Assembly (NCBI GenBank): GCA_903832625.1
Contig: CAILCI010000081.1
Coordinates: 16,452-80,451, forward strand
Direction: 5' to 3'
DNA length: 64,000 nucleotides
From: an uncultured Burkholderiales bacterium
Lineage (GTDB): Bacteria; Pseudomonadota; Gammaproteobacteria; Burkholderiales; Burkholderiaceae_C
Shown: positions 1 to 11,042 of the stretch, in pieces
How positions within the stretch are numbered: position 1 is the stretch's first letter
Layout: every line of letters begins with the position of its first letter
Notes under the pieces: model-generated
Databases searched by the model: none
Seen by the model: only the letters and a program-made list of their open reading frames with translations
What the model was told of the DNA's origin: nothing
Program-made: the position numbers and the translations under genes

Positions 1-378
1 GGGTGCTCTGCGACGCATCACAGCGCGAATACGTGCCAGCAACTCTTGGGTAGAGAACGGCTTGGTGATGTAATCGTCCGCGCCGGCATCCAAACCGGCC
101 ACTTTATCGGGCTCATCGCCACGCGCGGTGAGCATCAAAATGGGCGTGGTTTTGGTACGCGGATCAGCACGCCAGCGGCGCGCCAATGCCAAGCCACTCA
201 AGCCCGGCAGCATCCAGTCAAGCAATATGACATCAGGCAAGACTTGGTCAATTTCTCTTTGAGCCGCATCACCATCGGAAGCTAAAACCGCCAACATGCC
301 TTGGTGGCGAAGATTGACTGCGATCAACTCAGCAATTGCGGCTTCGTCCTCGACCACAAGAATGCGGGGCATTTTCAT
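1..378 (-). CDS. phoB: Phosphate regulon response regulator PhoB (5' part; runs off the window start)
   Basis: Not in the ORF track; translated by hand from ATG at 378: MKMPRILVVEDEAAIAELIAVNLRH...VILLDWMLPG...LMLTARG...GADDYITKPFS, an OmpR-family receiver directly after phoU. Confidence 0.93.
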   Translation of the reverse strand, partial: MKMPRILVVEDEAAIAELIAVNLRHQGMLAVLASDGDAAQREIDQVLPDVILLDWMLPGLSGLALARRWRADPRTKTTPILMLTARGDEPDKVAGLDAGADDYITKPFSTQELLARIRAVMRRRAP

Positions 379-391
379 CGGTACAAAACCC

Positions 392-1093
392 TTAGCTCAA
401 CGATGATTCAACATCAGCCAATGGCGTGTGGCGCACGTCCTCACCTTTGACCACGTAGATGATGAATTCAGCAATGTTTTTGGCGTGATCGCCGATGCGC
501 TCAATCGCTTTGGCAACAAACAGCAAATCAAGGCTGGCTGAGATGGTGCGCGGATCTTCCATCATGTAAGTGATGAGTTTGCGCACAAAGCCATCAAACT
601 CTTGGTCAATCTGATCGTCTTCTCGCAAAATGCTGACTGCAGTTGGCACATCCAAACGGGCAAATGCGTCCAAAGCCTTACGCAACAAACCCGAGGCCAA
701 ATCAGCACTCACGCGCAAATCTGAGGACGGTAAAGAACGCGGTGAACCCGCGTCAATGATGGAGTTGACCATGCGTGCAATTTTGGCGGCTTCATCACCC
801 ACGCGCTCCAAATTGGCAGTGGTTTTGGACATGGCCATGAGAAGACGCAAATCGCGCGCCGTGGGTTGGCGACGGCCAATGATCGAAGAAACGTCACGGT
901 CAATTTCCACCTCAAATGCATTGACGCGATTTTCAACTTGCAAAACCGTTTGTGCAGCTTCGGCATTGAAATGGGACAGGGCATACACCGCTTGTCGAAT
1001 TTGGGACTCCACCAAGCCCCCCATTTCCATGACGCGCGAGGACAGGTTGTTCAAGTCGGCGTCAAATTGTGAAGATAAATGTTTATCAGGCAT
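392..1093 (-). CDS. phoU: Phosphate signalling protein PhoU
   Basis: LERVGDEA and IERIGDHAKNIAE repeats; follows pstB. Confidence 0.96.
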   Translation of the reverse strand: MPDKHLSSQFDADLNNLSSRVMEMGGLVESQIRQAVYALSHFNAEAAQTVLQVENRVNAFEVEIDRDVSSIIGRRQPTARDLRLLMAMSKTTANLERVGDEAAKIARMVNSIIDAGSPRSLPSSDLRVSADLASGLLRKALDAFARLDVPTAVSILREDDQIDQEFDGFVRKLITYMMEDPRTISASLDLLFVAKAIERIGDHAKNIAEFIIYVVKGEDVRHTPLADVESSLS

Positions 1094-1113
1094 GGTTCGT
1101 CTCTTGATGTGAA

Positions 1114-1887
1114 TTAACCGAATCGACCGGTGATGTAGTCTTCTGTCTCTTGGCGCTTAGGTTTGAAGAAGATCTGTTCGGTTTGACCAAACTCCACCAA
1201 ATCACCCAAGTACATGTAAGCCGTGTTGTCGCTGCATCGCGCAGCTTGCTGCATGTTGTGCGTGACGATGACCACGGTGTAATCTTGTTTGAGCTCGATG
1301 ATCAACTCTTCCACCTTGGCGGTCGAGATGGGATCCAGCGCCGAGCATGGCTCGTCGAGCAACAACACCTCCGGTTTGATGGCAATGCCACGCGCAATGC
1401 ACAGACGTTGCTGCTGACCACCGGACAAACCCGAGCCGCTTTGGTTGAGTTTGTCTTTGACTTCGGTCCACAAAGCCGCCTTGCGCAACGCCCATTCCAC
1501 GCGCTCGTCCATGTCGCTGGCGTTGAGGTTTTCAAACAGCTTCACGCCAAAGGCAATGTTGTCGTAAATTGACATGGGAAACGGCGTGGGTTTTTGGAAA
1601 ACCATGCCCACCTTAGCGCGAATCAAGGCCACGTCTTGTTTGGAGGTGAGCAAGTTTTCACCATCTAATTCGATAGCGCCTTCGGCGCGTTGCTCGGGAT
1701 AGAGTTCGAACATACGGTTGAAGGTGCGCAACAAAGTCGACTTGCCGCAGCCTGAGGGGCCAATGAAGGCAGTCACTTGTTTTTCTGGAATTTCAAGATT
1801 GATGTTCTTGAGTGCGTGAAATTTGCCGTAGTAAAAATTCAAGTCTTTGACTTTGATTTTGGCTTGTGTCGCAACTGCGGTGTCCAT
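1114..1887 (-). CDS. pstB: Phosphate ABC transporter ATPase PstB
   Basis: Walker [31 protein letters not shown], final DYITGRFG. Confidence 0.97.
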   Translation of the reverse strand: MDTAVATQAKIKVKDLNFYYGKFHALKNINLEIPEKQVTAFIGPSGCGKSTLLRTFNRMFELYPEQRAEGAIELDGENLLTSKQDVALIRAKVGMVFQKPTPFPMSIYDNIAFGVKLFENLNASDMDERVEWALRKAALWTEVKDKLNQSGSGLSGGQQQRLCIARGIAIKPEVLLLDEPCSALDPISTAKVEELIIELKQDYTVVIVTHNMQQAARCSDNTAYMYLGDLVEFGQTEQIFFKPKRQETEDYITGRFG

Positions 1888-1903
1888 GATATGCCTTCAA
1901 AAA

Positions 1904-2752
1904 TTAGTCTTTTTGACGCGTCAAATAACGCGCAAGGATGTTGAGTCCGAGAACTGCAACGGTGATTAAAAACACCCCCGCCCATGCGAGTTCTTGCCAG
2001 TTTTGGTAAGGACTCATGGCGAATTTAAAGATCGTCACCGGCAGGCTGGCCATCGGATCAGACATATTGGTCGTCCAGAATTGGTTGCTCAGGGCGGTGA
2101 ACAACAACGGCGCTGTCTCGCCCGAAATACGTGCTACGGCCAGCAACACCCCAGTGACCACGCCTGCGCGCGCAGCTCGCAAGGTAATGCTGATGATGAC
2201 TTTCCACTTGGGGGCACCCAAGGCATAAGCTGCCTCACGCAGCCCAGCAGGCACAAGCTGGAGCATGTTCTCAGTGGTACGAATCACCACTGGGATCACA
2301 ATCAAAGCCAAAGCCACAACACCTGCCCAAGCCGAGAAGGACTTGAACCGAGCCACCACCAAGGTGTAGACAAACAAGCCAATCACAATCGAGGGCGCAG
2401 ACAACAAAATGTCGTTCACAAAGCGTGTGATGCTCGCCAACAAGCTTTTAGGCGAGTACTCCGCCAAATAAATGCCTGCCATGATGCCAATCGGTGTACC
2501 GACAAAAGTAGCCAAGCCCACCATCAACACCGAACCCAAAATCGCATTGGCCAAACCACCTTCGTCATTGGGTGCGGGAGTCGATTGCGTTAAAGCGACC
2601 CAAGTCAAGCCCGAAATGCCCAAGTGCAAGGTTTCAAACAAAATCCAGACCAGCCAGACCAAACCAAACACCATCGCCGCCATCGACATAATCAACGCAA
2701 ATTGGTTGACGCGACGACGTGACTCAAACTTTGCTAAACGTGTGTCTTTCAT
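1904..2752 (-). CDS. pstA: Phosphate ABC permease PstA
   Basis: Hydrophobic helices, [13 protein letters not shown] loop, [10 protein letters not shown]. Confidence 0.96.
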   Translation of the reverse strand: MKDTRLAKFESRRRVNQFALIMSMAAMVFGLVWLVWILFETLHLGISGLTWVALTQSTPAPNDEGGLANAILGSVLMVGLATFVGTPIGIMAGIYLAEYSPKSLLASITRFVNDILLSAPSIVIGLFVYTLVVARFKSFSAWAGVVALALIVIPVVIRTTENMLQLVPAGLREAAYALGAPKWKVIISITLRAARAGVVTGVLLAVARISGETAPLLFTALSNQFWTTNMSDPMASLPVTIFKFAMSPYQNWQELAWAGVFLITVAVLGLNILARYLTRQKD

Positions 2753-3789
2753 GATTTTGTTCCTTCACTGCGTTTCATGCGAGCGAGCAAAAGTTTGGAG
2801 AAACTCAGCACCACAAAGGTGATGAAGAACAAAATCAAACCCAGATAAATCAACGAAGCTTGGTGCAAGCCTTCGCCCGCTTCTGCAAATTCATTGGCCA
2901 AGGCAGACGTGATGCTGTTGGCCGCTTCAAACACACTCAAGGAGTTGAGTTGGTTCATGTTGCCAATCACAAAAGTAACGGCCATGGTCTCGCCCAAAGC
3001 GCGACCCAATCCCAACATAATGCCGCCCACCACACCCGCTTTGGTGTAGGGCAAAACGACTTTAGAAACCACTTCCCAAGTCGTCGAGCCCAAGCCATAA
3101 GCGGACTCTTTGAGCAACGGCGGCGTGACCTCAAACACATCCCTCATCACAGATGCGATAAAGGGGATGATCATGATCGCCAAAATAATGCCTGCTGACA
3201 AAATACCAATGCCCACTGGTGGACCGGACACCATCGCCCCCAAATAAGGCACGCCAGTCAACAGTTTTTGCAAAGGCATTTGCACATAAGTCGACAAAAT
3301 AGGGCCAAACACCAGCAAGCCCCACATGCCGTAAACAATAGAGGGAATGGCCGCCAACAACTCAATGGCAGTGCCCAATGGACGCTTGAGCCAAGCTGGC
3401 GACAACTCCGTCAAAAACACTGCAATGCCAAAACTCACGGGCACTGCAATCAACAAAGCGATGAACGAGGTGGTCAAGGTGCCGTAAATCATCACCAAGC
3501 CACCGTAGTCGTTCTTGACCGGGTCCCACACGGTGCGGGTCAAAAAGCCCAAACCGTATTCATGTATGGCAGGCCAAGCGCCATACACCAAGGACAGCAA
3601 AATTCCAAACAACAACGCAAGCGTCAAACACGCCGCAGCCAATGCTGCCCATCCAAACAGGCGGTCAATGAACGCGCCTAACTTCATATTGACGGGAGCG
3701 GGAGGCTGTGACATGGTTTGGTTCAAACGTGTGAGGTTAGATTCATCCAACAAAGAGCTAGCATGGCTCGACAAACTGTGGCTTGACAT
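2749..3789 (-). CDS. pstC: Phosphate ABC permease PstC (exact start uncertain)
   Basis: [29 protein letters not shown]; 4-bp overlap with pstA. Confidence 0.95.
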   Translation of the reverse strand: MSSHSLSSHASSLLDESNLTRLNQTMSQPPAPVNMKLGAFIDRLFGWAALAAACLTLALLFGILLSLVYGAWPAIHEYGLGFLTRTVWDPVKNDYGGLVMIYGTLTTSFIALLIAVPVSFGIAVFLTELSPAWLKRPLGTAIELLAAIPSIVYGMWGLLVFGPILSTYVQMPLQKLLTGVPYLGAMVSGPPVGIGILSAGIILAIMIIPFIASVMRDVFEVTPPLLKESAYGLGSTTWEVVSKVVLPYTKAGVVGGIMLGLGRALGETMAVTFVIGNMNQLNSLSVFEAANSITSALANEFAEAGEGLHQASLIYLGLILFFITFVVLSFSKLLLARMKRSEGTKS

Positions 3790-3823
3790 GGTCTAGCACT
3801 TCATCTGGTTGAATGTTGAAAAA

Positions 3824-4867
3824 TCAGAAGGCGATCGATTTACCAGCGCCGTCTTTGATCTGACCCCAAGACTTGCGGATCACATCTTTGACTTTGTCGG
3901 GCATGGGCACGTAGTCGAGATCATCGGCGATCTTGTCGCCGTTCTTGTAAGCCCAATCAAAGAACTTGAGTGCAGCAGCGCCGTTTTCAGGCTTGTCTTG
4001 CACTTTGTGCATCAAGATGAAGGTTGCACCAGTGATAGGCCAAGAATCTTTACCCGCTTGATTGGTCAAGACTTGGTAGAAGCTTTTTGTCCAGTCAGCG
4101 CCAGCAGCGGCGGCTTTGAAGGCTGTATCGTCAGGCGACACAAATGTGCCAGCAGAGTTTTTCAACTGCGCATAGACCATTTTGTTTTGCTTGACGTAGG
4201 CGTATTCGACATAGCCAATTGAATTGGGCAAACGGGTCACGAAAGCGGCCACGCCTTCGTTGCCTTTACCACCAGCGCCTGTGGGCCAGTTCACTGCTGT
4301 GCCGTCACCGACTTTTTCTTTCCATTCAGCGTTGACTTTGCTCAGATAGTTGGTGAACAAAAAGGTGGTACCAGAACCGTCCGAACGGCGAACCACAGAA
4401 ATGGCGTCGTCTGGAAATTTGATGCTGGGGTTCAAGGCCTTGACCGCTGGGTCAGTCCATTTGGTGATTTTGCCCAAATAGATGTCGGCAATGATTTCAC
4501 CCGTCAATTTGAGCTGACCGGGAGCCACGCCAGCGATGTTCACCACAGGCACCACACCACCGATGACGGTGGGGAATTGCATTTGGTTTTTCTGAGCCAA
4601 CTCTTCGTCTTTGAGGGGCATGTCCGAAGCACCGAAGTCCACGGTTTTGGCATCAATTTGCTTGATACCAGCACCAGAACCCACCGATTGGTAGTTCACT
4701 TTATGGCCGGTGGCTTTGTTGTAGTCTGCAGCCCATTTGCTGTAGATGGGAGCTGGGAAACTGGCGCCGGCCCCAGTAATGTCTTGTGCAGACACGCTGT
4801 GAGCGGCCAACAAGCCAAGTGTCAAGGCGCTGACGCTCAACAAAGAGTGGATCGATACTTTTTTCAT
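3824..4867 (-). CDS. pstS: Phosphate-binding protein PstS
   Basis: Signal peptide, GAGASFPAPIY, YQSVGSGAG, RRSDGSGTT. Confidence 0.97.
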   Translation of the reverse strand: MKKVSIHSLLSVSALTLGLLAAHSVSAQDITGAGASFPAPIYSKWAADYNKATGHKVNYQSVGSGAGIKQIDAKTVDFGASDMPLKDEELAQKNQMQFPTVIGGVVPVVNIAGVAPGQLKLTGEIIADIYLGKITKWTDPAVKALNPSIKFPDDAISVVRRSDGSGTTFLFTNYLSKVNAEWKEKVGDGTAVNWPTGAGGKGNEGVAAFVTRLPNSIGYVEYAYVKQNKMVYAQLKNSAGTFVSPDDTAFKAAAAGADWTKSFYQVLTNQAGKDSWPITGATFILMHKVQDKPENGAAALKFFDWAYKNGDKIADDLDYVPMPDKVKDVIRKSWGQIKDGAGKSIAF

Positions 4868-4896
4868 GCAATATCCTTTAGGAAACAGGAATGCTC

Positions 4897-4930
4897 ACTG
4901 TATTAAAGGTATGTGACAAGATCGTGACAC
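4897..4930 (-). promoter_or_regulatory. Pho box and -10 of the pstS promoter
   Basis: Minus strand GTGTCAC-GATC-TTGTCAC: TGTCAC units 11 bp apart (4913-4918, 4924-4929), with TACAGT (4897-4902) 10 bp downstream; this is the classical PhoB promoter geometry. Confidence 0.8.
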
Positions 4931-4954
4931 TCGATCTTTTTTGGATATTAAATC

Positions 4955-6286
4955 CTAAAGTTTGAGTGTTGCAGCAATTTTTTCAGCAGATTGTTGTGCG
5001 ACTTCGAGCAATTGCGCCTCCACCATCACCCGAACCAAGGGCTCTGTGCCGCTGGCCCGAATCAACACCCTGCCCGTAGCCCCCAATGCGGCCTCAACGT
5101 CTTGAATCGCTTTTTTGAGCGCTGGATTGGCCTGCCAGTCCACCCCAGGCTGCAAGCGCACATTGATGAGCACTTGCGGGAACAACACCACCTCGCGCAA
5201 GAGTTCGGCCATGGTTTTGCCACTGCGCACGCAGGCTTGCAGCACTTGCAAAGCGCTGATGAGACCGTCGCCCGTGGTGTGCTTGTCCAACGCCAGCAAA
5301 TGGCCGGAGCCCTCGCCGCCCAAAATCCAGCTGTGCTGTTCCAGCAGTTCGAGCACATAACGGTCGCCCACTTTGGCACGGACGAATTGAACACCACGTT
5401 TTTCCAACGCGACTTGCACCGCCATATTGGTCATCAAAGTACCAACCACACCCGGTACAACTTCGTCGTTGCCCAAGCGCTCGTCGGCCATGAGGTAGAG
5501 CAACTCGTCGCCATTGAACAAACGGCCTTGCGCATCGACCATTTGGAGACGATCAGCGTCGCCGTCCAAGGCCACGCCAAAGTCGGCTTGGTGCTCTTTG
5601 ACGGCTTGCACCAAGGCCTCAGGATGGGTCGCCCCCACTTTGTGGTTGATGTTGAGACCGTCGGGTGAGCAGCCAATCGCCACCACTTCCGCGCCCAGCT
5701 CGTGAAAGACTTTGGGCGCAATGTGATAGGCCGCGCCATGCGCAGCGTCCACCACAATTTTGACGCCCTTCAAGGTCAAGTCATTGGAGAAAGTGCTTTT
5801 GCAAAACTCGATGTAGCGGCCTGCGGCATCGTCCAAACGGCGGGTTTTGCCGAGACTGGCTGAATCGACCCACACGGGTGCGTCGTCCAAAGCGGCTTCA
5901 ACGGCTTGCTCCCACACATCGCTGAGCTTGGTGCCTTGGGCACTGAAAAACTTGATGCCATTGTCGGCAAACGGGTTGTGGCTGGCACTGATGACCACGC
6001 CTAAACTGGCGCGCTGCGCCCGCGTCAAATACGCCACGCCCGGCGTGGGCAAAGGCCCGAGCAAAACCACATGCACGCCCGCCGAGTTAAAACCCGACTC
6101 CAAGGCCGACTCCAACATATAGCCCGAAATGCGTGTGTCTTTGCCAATCAACACCGTGGGATGGGCGTCCGTTTGCTTCAAAACCCGGCCAACTGCGTGC
6201 GCCAAGCGCAACACAAAGTCAGGCGTGATGGGGGCTTGTCCCACGGTGCCACGAATGCCGTCTGTGCCGAAATATTTGCGTGTCAT
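4955..6286 (-). CDS. glmM: Phosphoglucosamine mutase
   Basis: [30 protein letters not shown]. Confidence 0.97.
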   Translation of the reverse strand: MTRKYFGTDGIRGTVGQAPITPDFVLRLAHAVGRVLKQTDAHPTVLIGKDTRISGYMLESALESGFNSAGVHVVLLGPLPTPGVAYLTRAQRASLGVVISASHNPFADNGIKFFSAQGTKLSDVWEQAVEAALDDAPVWVDSASLGKTRRLDDAAGRYIEFCKSTFSNDLTLKGVKIVVDAAHGAAYHIAPKVFHELGAEVVAIGCSPDGLNINHKVGATHPEALVQAVKEHQADFGVALDGDADRLQMVDAQGRLFNGDELLYLMADERLGNDEVVPGVVGTLMTNMAVQVALEKRGVQFVRAKVGDRYVLELLEQHSWILGGEGSGHLLALDKHTTGDGLISALQVLQACVRSGKTMAELLREVVLFPQVLINVRLQPGVDWQANPALKKAIQDVEAALGATGRVLIRASGTEPLVRVMVEAQLLEVAQQSAEKIAATLKL

Positions 6287-6404
6287 GTTGTTTTGTTTTT
6301 CAAATGCAAAGATTGATTGTCACCAATTTTTAAAGAGCCCCTCAACAGGCTTTGCACGGAAAGCTGAGCTGAGTTTTGCGTGGGTTGTCGAGTTCCGTTT
6401 TCAT

Positions 6405-7235
6405 TTATTTTTGACCGTGCATGGCCCGCCAAACTTGCAGCGCTTGCGCCGTCTCTTTGACATCATGCACCCGCACCACGCGAGCGCCCCGCTCCAGCGC
6501 CAGCAAGGCCGCGGCCACACTCGGAATCAGGCGCTCATGGACTGCCAAGCCAGTGACTGCACCCAAGGAGGACTTGCGCGACCAGCCAGCCAATAAGGTA
6601 AAGCCAAGATCGACGATGTCTTGTTGATGCGCCAGTAACTCAAAGTTTTGTGCCACAGTTTTGCCAAAGCCGTAGCCTGGATCAATGCAAATACGTTCGC
6701 TGCGCACACCTGATTCTTGAAGCCGAGCCGTTTCTTGCAACAAAAAAGTTTGAATTTGCTCAAGCACATCGCCCTGCATGGGCGTGATCTGCATGGTGCT
6801 TGGCTCGCCGTGCATGTGCATCAGGCACAGGCCGCAGTTGGGATGCGCAGCGACAGCTTGCAAAGCCCCCGCTTGGCGAAAGCCCCAAATGTCGTTGATG
6901 ATGTCTGCGCCTGCATCCAGCGCCGCTTGCATGACTTGGGGCTTGTAGGTGTCAACCGAAATCGCCACGCCCAAACTCACCGCGCCTTGGATCACGGGCA
7001 GCAAGCGCGCCAATTCGGCCTCCAAGGGCAAGGGCGTGGCGCCGGGTCGGGTCGATTCTGCGCCCAAGTCCAAAATGCTTGCGCCTTCTTTGACCAACTG
7101 CTCGCAATGCGCCAATGCTTTAGCGGTGGTGTCATGCTGACCACCATCCGAGAAAGAGTCTGGCGTGACATTGACAATGCCCATGATTTGGGGACGTTCT
7201 AAGTCAATTTGAAAACGTGTGGTTTGCCAAAACAT
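6405..7235 (-). CDS. folP: Dihydropteroate synthase
   Basis: IVNVTPDSFSDGG, GAESTRPG, DPGYGFGK, SRKS, RVHDV. Confidence 0.96.
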   Translation of the reverse strand: MFWQTTRFQIDLERPQIMGIVNVTPDSFSDGGQHDTTAKALAHCEQLVKEGASILDLGAESTRPGATPLPLEAELARLLPVIQGAVSLGVAISVDTYKPQVMQAALDAGADIINDIWGFRQAGALQAVAAHPNCGLCLMHMHGEPSTMQITPMQGDVLEQIQTFLLQETARLQESGVRSERICIDPGYGFGKTVAQNFELLAHQQDIVDLGFTLLAGWSRKSSLGAVTGLAVHERLIPSVAAALLALERGARVVRVHDVKETAQALQVWRAMHGQK

Positions 7236-7252
7236 AAAAGACCATCTTGGAT

Positions 7253-7279
7253 AAAAAAACGGGGCTAAGGCCCCGTTTT
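7253..7279 (-). terminator. Intrinsic terminator after ftsH
   Basis: CGGGGC-TAAG-GCCCCG stem with a 7-nt T tract on the minus strand. Confidence 0.8.
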
Positions 7280-7358
7280 AAAACATATTGATTGGATTGA
7301 GCCAACTGCTTAAAAGCTGTTCATCGGTCAGCAGGCATCCGCTCAAGGCGTTCAAGCC

Positions 7359-9275
7359 TCATGCCGCTGAGGGCGATGGGTCGGCTTGAACCGCAGGTGG
7401 CGTGCCACCGCTGTCGCCGCCCGAGGGTGGAATGCGTGGTGTCCAGTCTTTGGGTGGACGGGGTGCGCGACCCGCCATGATGTCGTCGAGTTGCTCGGTG
7501 TCAATGGTTTCCCATTCGAGCAGCGCTTTGGCCATGGCGTGCATTTTGTCGGCATTTTGCTCAATCAGACGACGCGCCAAGTTGTATTGCCCATCGATGA
7601 TGCTGCGCACTTCCATGTCCACCTTTTGCATGGTGGCCTCAGACATATTCGTGGTTTTGGTGACGGAGCGACCCAAGAAGACTTCGCCTTCGTTTTCGGC
7701 GTACACCATAGGACCCAAGGCCTCGGTCATGCCGTAACGCATCACCATGTCGCGGGCGATGGAGGTGGCGCGTTCAAAGTCGTTGCTCGCACCCGTGGTC
7801 ATTTGGTTCATGAACACTTCTTCGGCAATACGGCCACCAAACAACATGCTGATTTGGTTGAGCATGTATTCGCGGTCGTAGCTGTAGCGGTCTTTTTCAG
7901 GCAGGCTCATGGTCACGCCCAGAGCGCGACCACGCGGAATGATGGTGACTTTATGCACTGGATCGCACTTGGGCAGGAGCTTGCCAATGAGCGCGTGACC
8001 CGACTCGTGATAGGCCGTGTTGCGGCGCTCTTCTTCGGGCATGACCATGCTCTTGCGCTCGGGGCCCATCAAGATTTTGTCTTTGGCTTTTTCAAAGTCC
8101 ACCATCTCAACCACACGCGCATTGCGGCGTGCAGCCATCAAGGCGGCTTCGTTGCACAGGTTGGCCAAATCGGCACCACTCATGCCGGGTGTGCCACGGG
8201 CGATGACGCCGGGGTTGACGTCTTGCCCCACAGGCACTTTGCGCATGTGGACATTCAAAATTTGCTCGCGGCCACGGATGTCGGGCAGCGTGACATAGAC
8301 CTGACGGTCGAAGCGGCCAGGGCGCAACAAGGCGGCATCCAAAATGTCAGGACGGTTGGTGGCAGCGACCACGATCACGCCCAAATTGGTTTCAAAGCCG
8401 TCCATCTCGACCAGCATTTGGTTCAAGGTTTGTTCGCGCTCGTCGTTGCCGCCGCCCAAGCCTGCGCCACGTTGGCGACCCACGGCGTCAATCTCGTCGA
8501 TGAAGATGATGCAAGGCGCATTCTTTTTGGCGTTCTCAAACATGTCGCGTACGCGGGCTGCGCCCACGCCGACAAACATTTCCACAAAGTCTGAACCCGA
8601 GATGCTGAAAAAAGGCACCTTGGCTTCGCCTGCAATGCTTTTGGCGAGCAAGGTTTTACCTGTGCCGGGAGGCCCCACCAACAGCAAACCTCGCGGAATA
8701 CGACCGCCGAGTTTTTGGAATTTTTGTGGATCTTTGAGGAAGTCCACCACCTCTTTGACTTCTTCTTTGGCTTCGTCGCAACCGGCCACATCCGCGAAGG
8801 TCACGGTGTTGTTGTTGTCGTCCAGCATGCGTGCTTTGCTTTTGCCAAAGCTGAATGCACCGCCTTTGCCGCCGCCTTGCATTTGACGCATGAAATATAC
8901 CCACACACCGATGAGCAACAGCATGGGACCCCAGCTGACCAACAAGGTCATGAGCAAGGAGCCTTCTTCACGGGGTTTGACATCGAACTTCACACCATTG
9001 GCAATCAAGTCGCCCACCAAGCCGCGATCCAAATAAGTGGCGGTGGTGCGAATTTTGCGCTCATCGTTGGTAACGGCAACAATTTCAGTGCCGCCCTGAC
9101 CTTCTTGAATGGTGGCGGTCTTGATGCGCTTGCCTTTGACCTCATCCAAAAAGTCTGAATAGCCCATGTAGCCAGAGCTGGCGCTGGGACGGGTGTCGAA
9201 CTGTTTGAAAACCGTGAACAACACGAGTGCGATCACCAGCCAAACGGCAACTTTTGAGAACCATTGATTGTTCAA
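7359..9275 (-). CDS. ftsH: ATP-dependent zinc metalloprotease FtsH (TTG start)
   Basis: Two TM helices, [19 protein letters not shown] zinc motif. Confidence 0.98.
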   Translation of the reverse strand: MNNQWFSKVAVWLVIALVLFTVFKQFDTRPSASSGYMGYSDFLDEVKGKRIKTATIQEGQGGTEIVAVTNDERKIRTTATYLDRGLVGDLIANGVKFDVKPREEGSLLMTLLVSWGPMLLLIGVWVYFMRQMQGGGKGGAFSFGKSKARMLDDNNNTVTFADVAGCDEAKEEVKEVVDFLKDPQKFQKLGGRIPRGLLLVGPPGTGKTLLAKSIAGEAKVPFFSISGSDFVEMFVGVGAARVRDMFENAKKNAPCIIFIDEIDAVGRQRGAGLGGGNDEREQTLNQMLVEMDGFETNLGVIVVAATNRPDILDAALLRPGRFDRQVYVTLPDIRGREQILNVHMRKVPVGQDVNPGVIARGTPGMSGADLANLCNEAALMAARRNARVVEMVDFEKAKDKILMGPERKSMVMPEEERRNTAYHESGHALIGKLLPKCDPVHKVTIIPRGRALGVTMSLPEKDRYSYDREYMLNQISMLFGGRIAEEVFMNQMTTGASNDFERATSIARDMVMRYGMTEALGPMVYAENEGEVFLGRSVTKTTNMSEATMQKVDMEVRSIIDGQYNLARRLIEQNADKMHAMAKALLEWETIDTEQLDDIMAGRAPRPPKDWTPRIPPSGGDSGGTPPAVQADPSPSAA

Positions 9276-9312
9276 TGTGGGCTCCAGGAGAAAAAAGAGT
9301 AGGAGATATCGT

Positions 9313-9340
9313 AGATGGGCTTGATTTTAGGCGTTTCAAG
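9313..9340 (-). promoter_or_regulatory. Sigma-32-type promoter of ftsH
   Basis: CTTGAAA-N14-CCCATCT resembles the RpoH consensus; ftsH is a known heat-shock gene. Confidence 0.65.
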
Positions 9341-9394
9341 CCCTAAAAACCGTGATTTCTTGGAATCAACACACGAAACAGCGGGACTTTGTGC

Positions 9395-10054
9395 TCACAG
9401 CGCCTTCAAGCCAATACCCACCAAAAAGGTTTCACTTGACTTGTCACGACTGGCTTTGGGCTTGATGGGTTTAACCACTTTGAATACTTCTTTGAACAAG
9501 AGCACCAATTGGCTGTACCCACTACCGTGAAACAATTTGACCACCAAAGCACCGTCGGGTTTGAGATGGTTTTGGGCGAAATCAACGGCAAGCTCCACCA
9601 AATGCGCGATTCTGGCTGCGTCTGCTGATTCGATGCCCGACAAATTGGGCGCCATGTCAGACACCACCACGTCAACCGCACGGCCTGCCACTGCGTCGTT
9701 CAACTGTGCCAACACAGCGTCTTCACGGAAATCTCCGAGAATGAAGTTGACGCCTTCGACGGGCTCCATCGGCAAAATATCGAGCGCGATGATGGTGCCG
9801 TTGAGCTCACCCACCGCTGCGCCTGTGGGCGACATACGACGGCGCACGTATTGGCTCCACGCGCCGGGCGTGGAGCCGAGATCGACCACCACATCGCCGG
9901 GATGAATCAGGTCGAGTTGCTCGTCAATTTCTTTGAGTTTGTAAGCTGCGCGGGCGCGGTAGCCCTCTTTTTTTGCCAGCTTGACGTAGGTGTCGTTCAC
10001 ATGGTCGTTTAACCATGATTTATTGACTTTTTTACTTTGAGTTTTAACTTTCAA
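9395..10054 (-). CDS. rlmE: 23S rRNA Um2552 methyltransferase RlmE
   Basis: [32 protein letters not shown]. Confidence 0.95.
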   Translation of the reverse strand: MKVKTQSKKVNKSWLNDHVNDTYVKLAKKEGYRARAAYKLKEIDEQLDLIHPGDVVVDLGSTPGAWSQYVRRRMSPTGAAVGELNGTIIALDILPMEPVEGVNFILGDFREDAVLAQLNDAVAGRAVDVVVSDMAPNLSGIESADAARIAHLVELAVDFAQNHLKPDGALVVKLFHGSGYSQLVLLFKEVFKVVKPIKPKASRDKSSETFLVGIGLKAL

Positions 10055-10088
10055 TCTGTGTCCTCACACGAGAGGGGATAATACCCCC

Positions 10089-10562
10089 ATGTCCGCAATA
10101 CAACTTACCCCCGCGCAACGCAAGGCTCACCGCTCCGAAGCGCATCATTTGAATCCGGTCGTCATGATCGGCAACGATGGCCTCACGCCCGGCGTGATCA
10201 AAGAAACTGAGTTCGCACTCAACGCCCACGGCTTGATCAAAATTCGCGTCTTGGGCGACGACCGCACAGCCCGCGAAGCCATGTTCCAAGCCTTGGCCGA
10301 TCAACTCAACGCTGCGCCCATTCAACACATTGGCAAGCTGCTGGTGCTGTGGCGTCCAATTCCTGAAAAAGAAAAAATCGTGGACGAAGACCGTATGCCC
10401 GGTCCACGCGATGTCAAAGTGCTCAAATACAGCTCTCGTGGCGGCCAGCGCCCCGAAGTCAAAACACTGCGCGTCTTGGGCAACCAACGACTCACCTCAG
10501 GCGGTCAAGTCAAACGTGCCAAACCTAAAAAAGTGTCGGTCAAAAAACGCCGACTGGGTTGA
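10089..10562 (+). CDS. yhbY: YhbY/CRM-domain RNA-binding protein with basic C-terminal extension
   Basis: AHHLNPVVMIG, HGLIKIRV, QHIGKLLVLWR; divergent from rlmE as is conserved. Confidence 0.9.
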   Translation: MSAIQLTPAQRKAHRSEAHHLNPVVMIGNDGLTPGVIKETEFALNAHGLIKIRVLGDDRTAREAMFQALADQLNAAPIQHIGKLLVLWRPIPEKEKIVDEDRMPGPRDVKVLKYSSRGGQRPEVKTLRVLGNQRLTSGGQVKRAKPKKVSVKKRRLG

Positions 10563-10583
10563 TCGACAACCCTCAACTTCAGC

Positions 10584-11036
10584 CTAAGCGGCTGAGGTTG
10601 GCGCTTGCTCTGTTTGACTTTGCTCCGCAGCGAGCAGGGTTGGTGAATGCACAGACAATTGCCACAGCATCTTGCCCGCACAAGCCCACTGAACGACGTA
10701 AAACACCGATCCCAAGTTGTGCCACATGGCCATGTTGTCACGCGCCAAGATGTGGGGTTTGACCGCCACTTCTAACAGCAAAGCCACAAGCATGCCTGCA
10801 ATTGTCCAAAGTGAGGGGCTGCGCAGCGCGTCTTGGTGTTGACGCCTTGCGGCCAACAACATCAGCAATCCGCACACCAAGGCCACCCAAGTTTGTGCAG
10901 TGAACAAATGCGCCGCCATTTGCCCAGCCACGGCGGGGGTGTCTAAGTGCAAGAACATCAACGGGACGACCCAAAAGCCCACCGCAGACGCACTGCCCCA
11001 CCACAGGGCTGCAGCAAAAACTTGCAGTCGAAACAT
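10584..11036 (-). CDS. DUF4149-like membrane protein
   Basis: Four hydrophobic helices, WHNLGS near the C-terminus; usual neighbour downstream of greA. Confidence 0.7.
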   Translation of the reverse strand: MFRLQVFAAALWWGSASAVGFWVVPLMFLHLDTPAVAGQMAAHLFTAQTWVALVCGLLMLLAARRQHQDALRSPSLWTIAGMLVALLLEVAVKPHILARDNMAMWHNLGSVFYVVQWACAGKMLWQLSVHSPTLLAAEQSQTEQAPTSAA

Positions 11037-11042
11037 ACCCGC

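Noticed and set aside
6310-6400. GCAAAAC/GCAAAGCC words reminiscent of a c-di-GMP-I riboswitch
   Set aside because: The GAAA tetraloop stem and receptor arrangement are absent
7386-8594. 402-aa plus-strand ORF
   Set aside because: In-register antisense shadow of ftsH; sense codon bias avoids TTA/CTA/TCA, and it has no recognisable motifs
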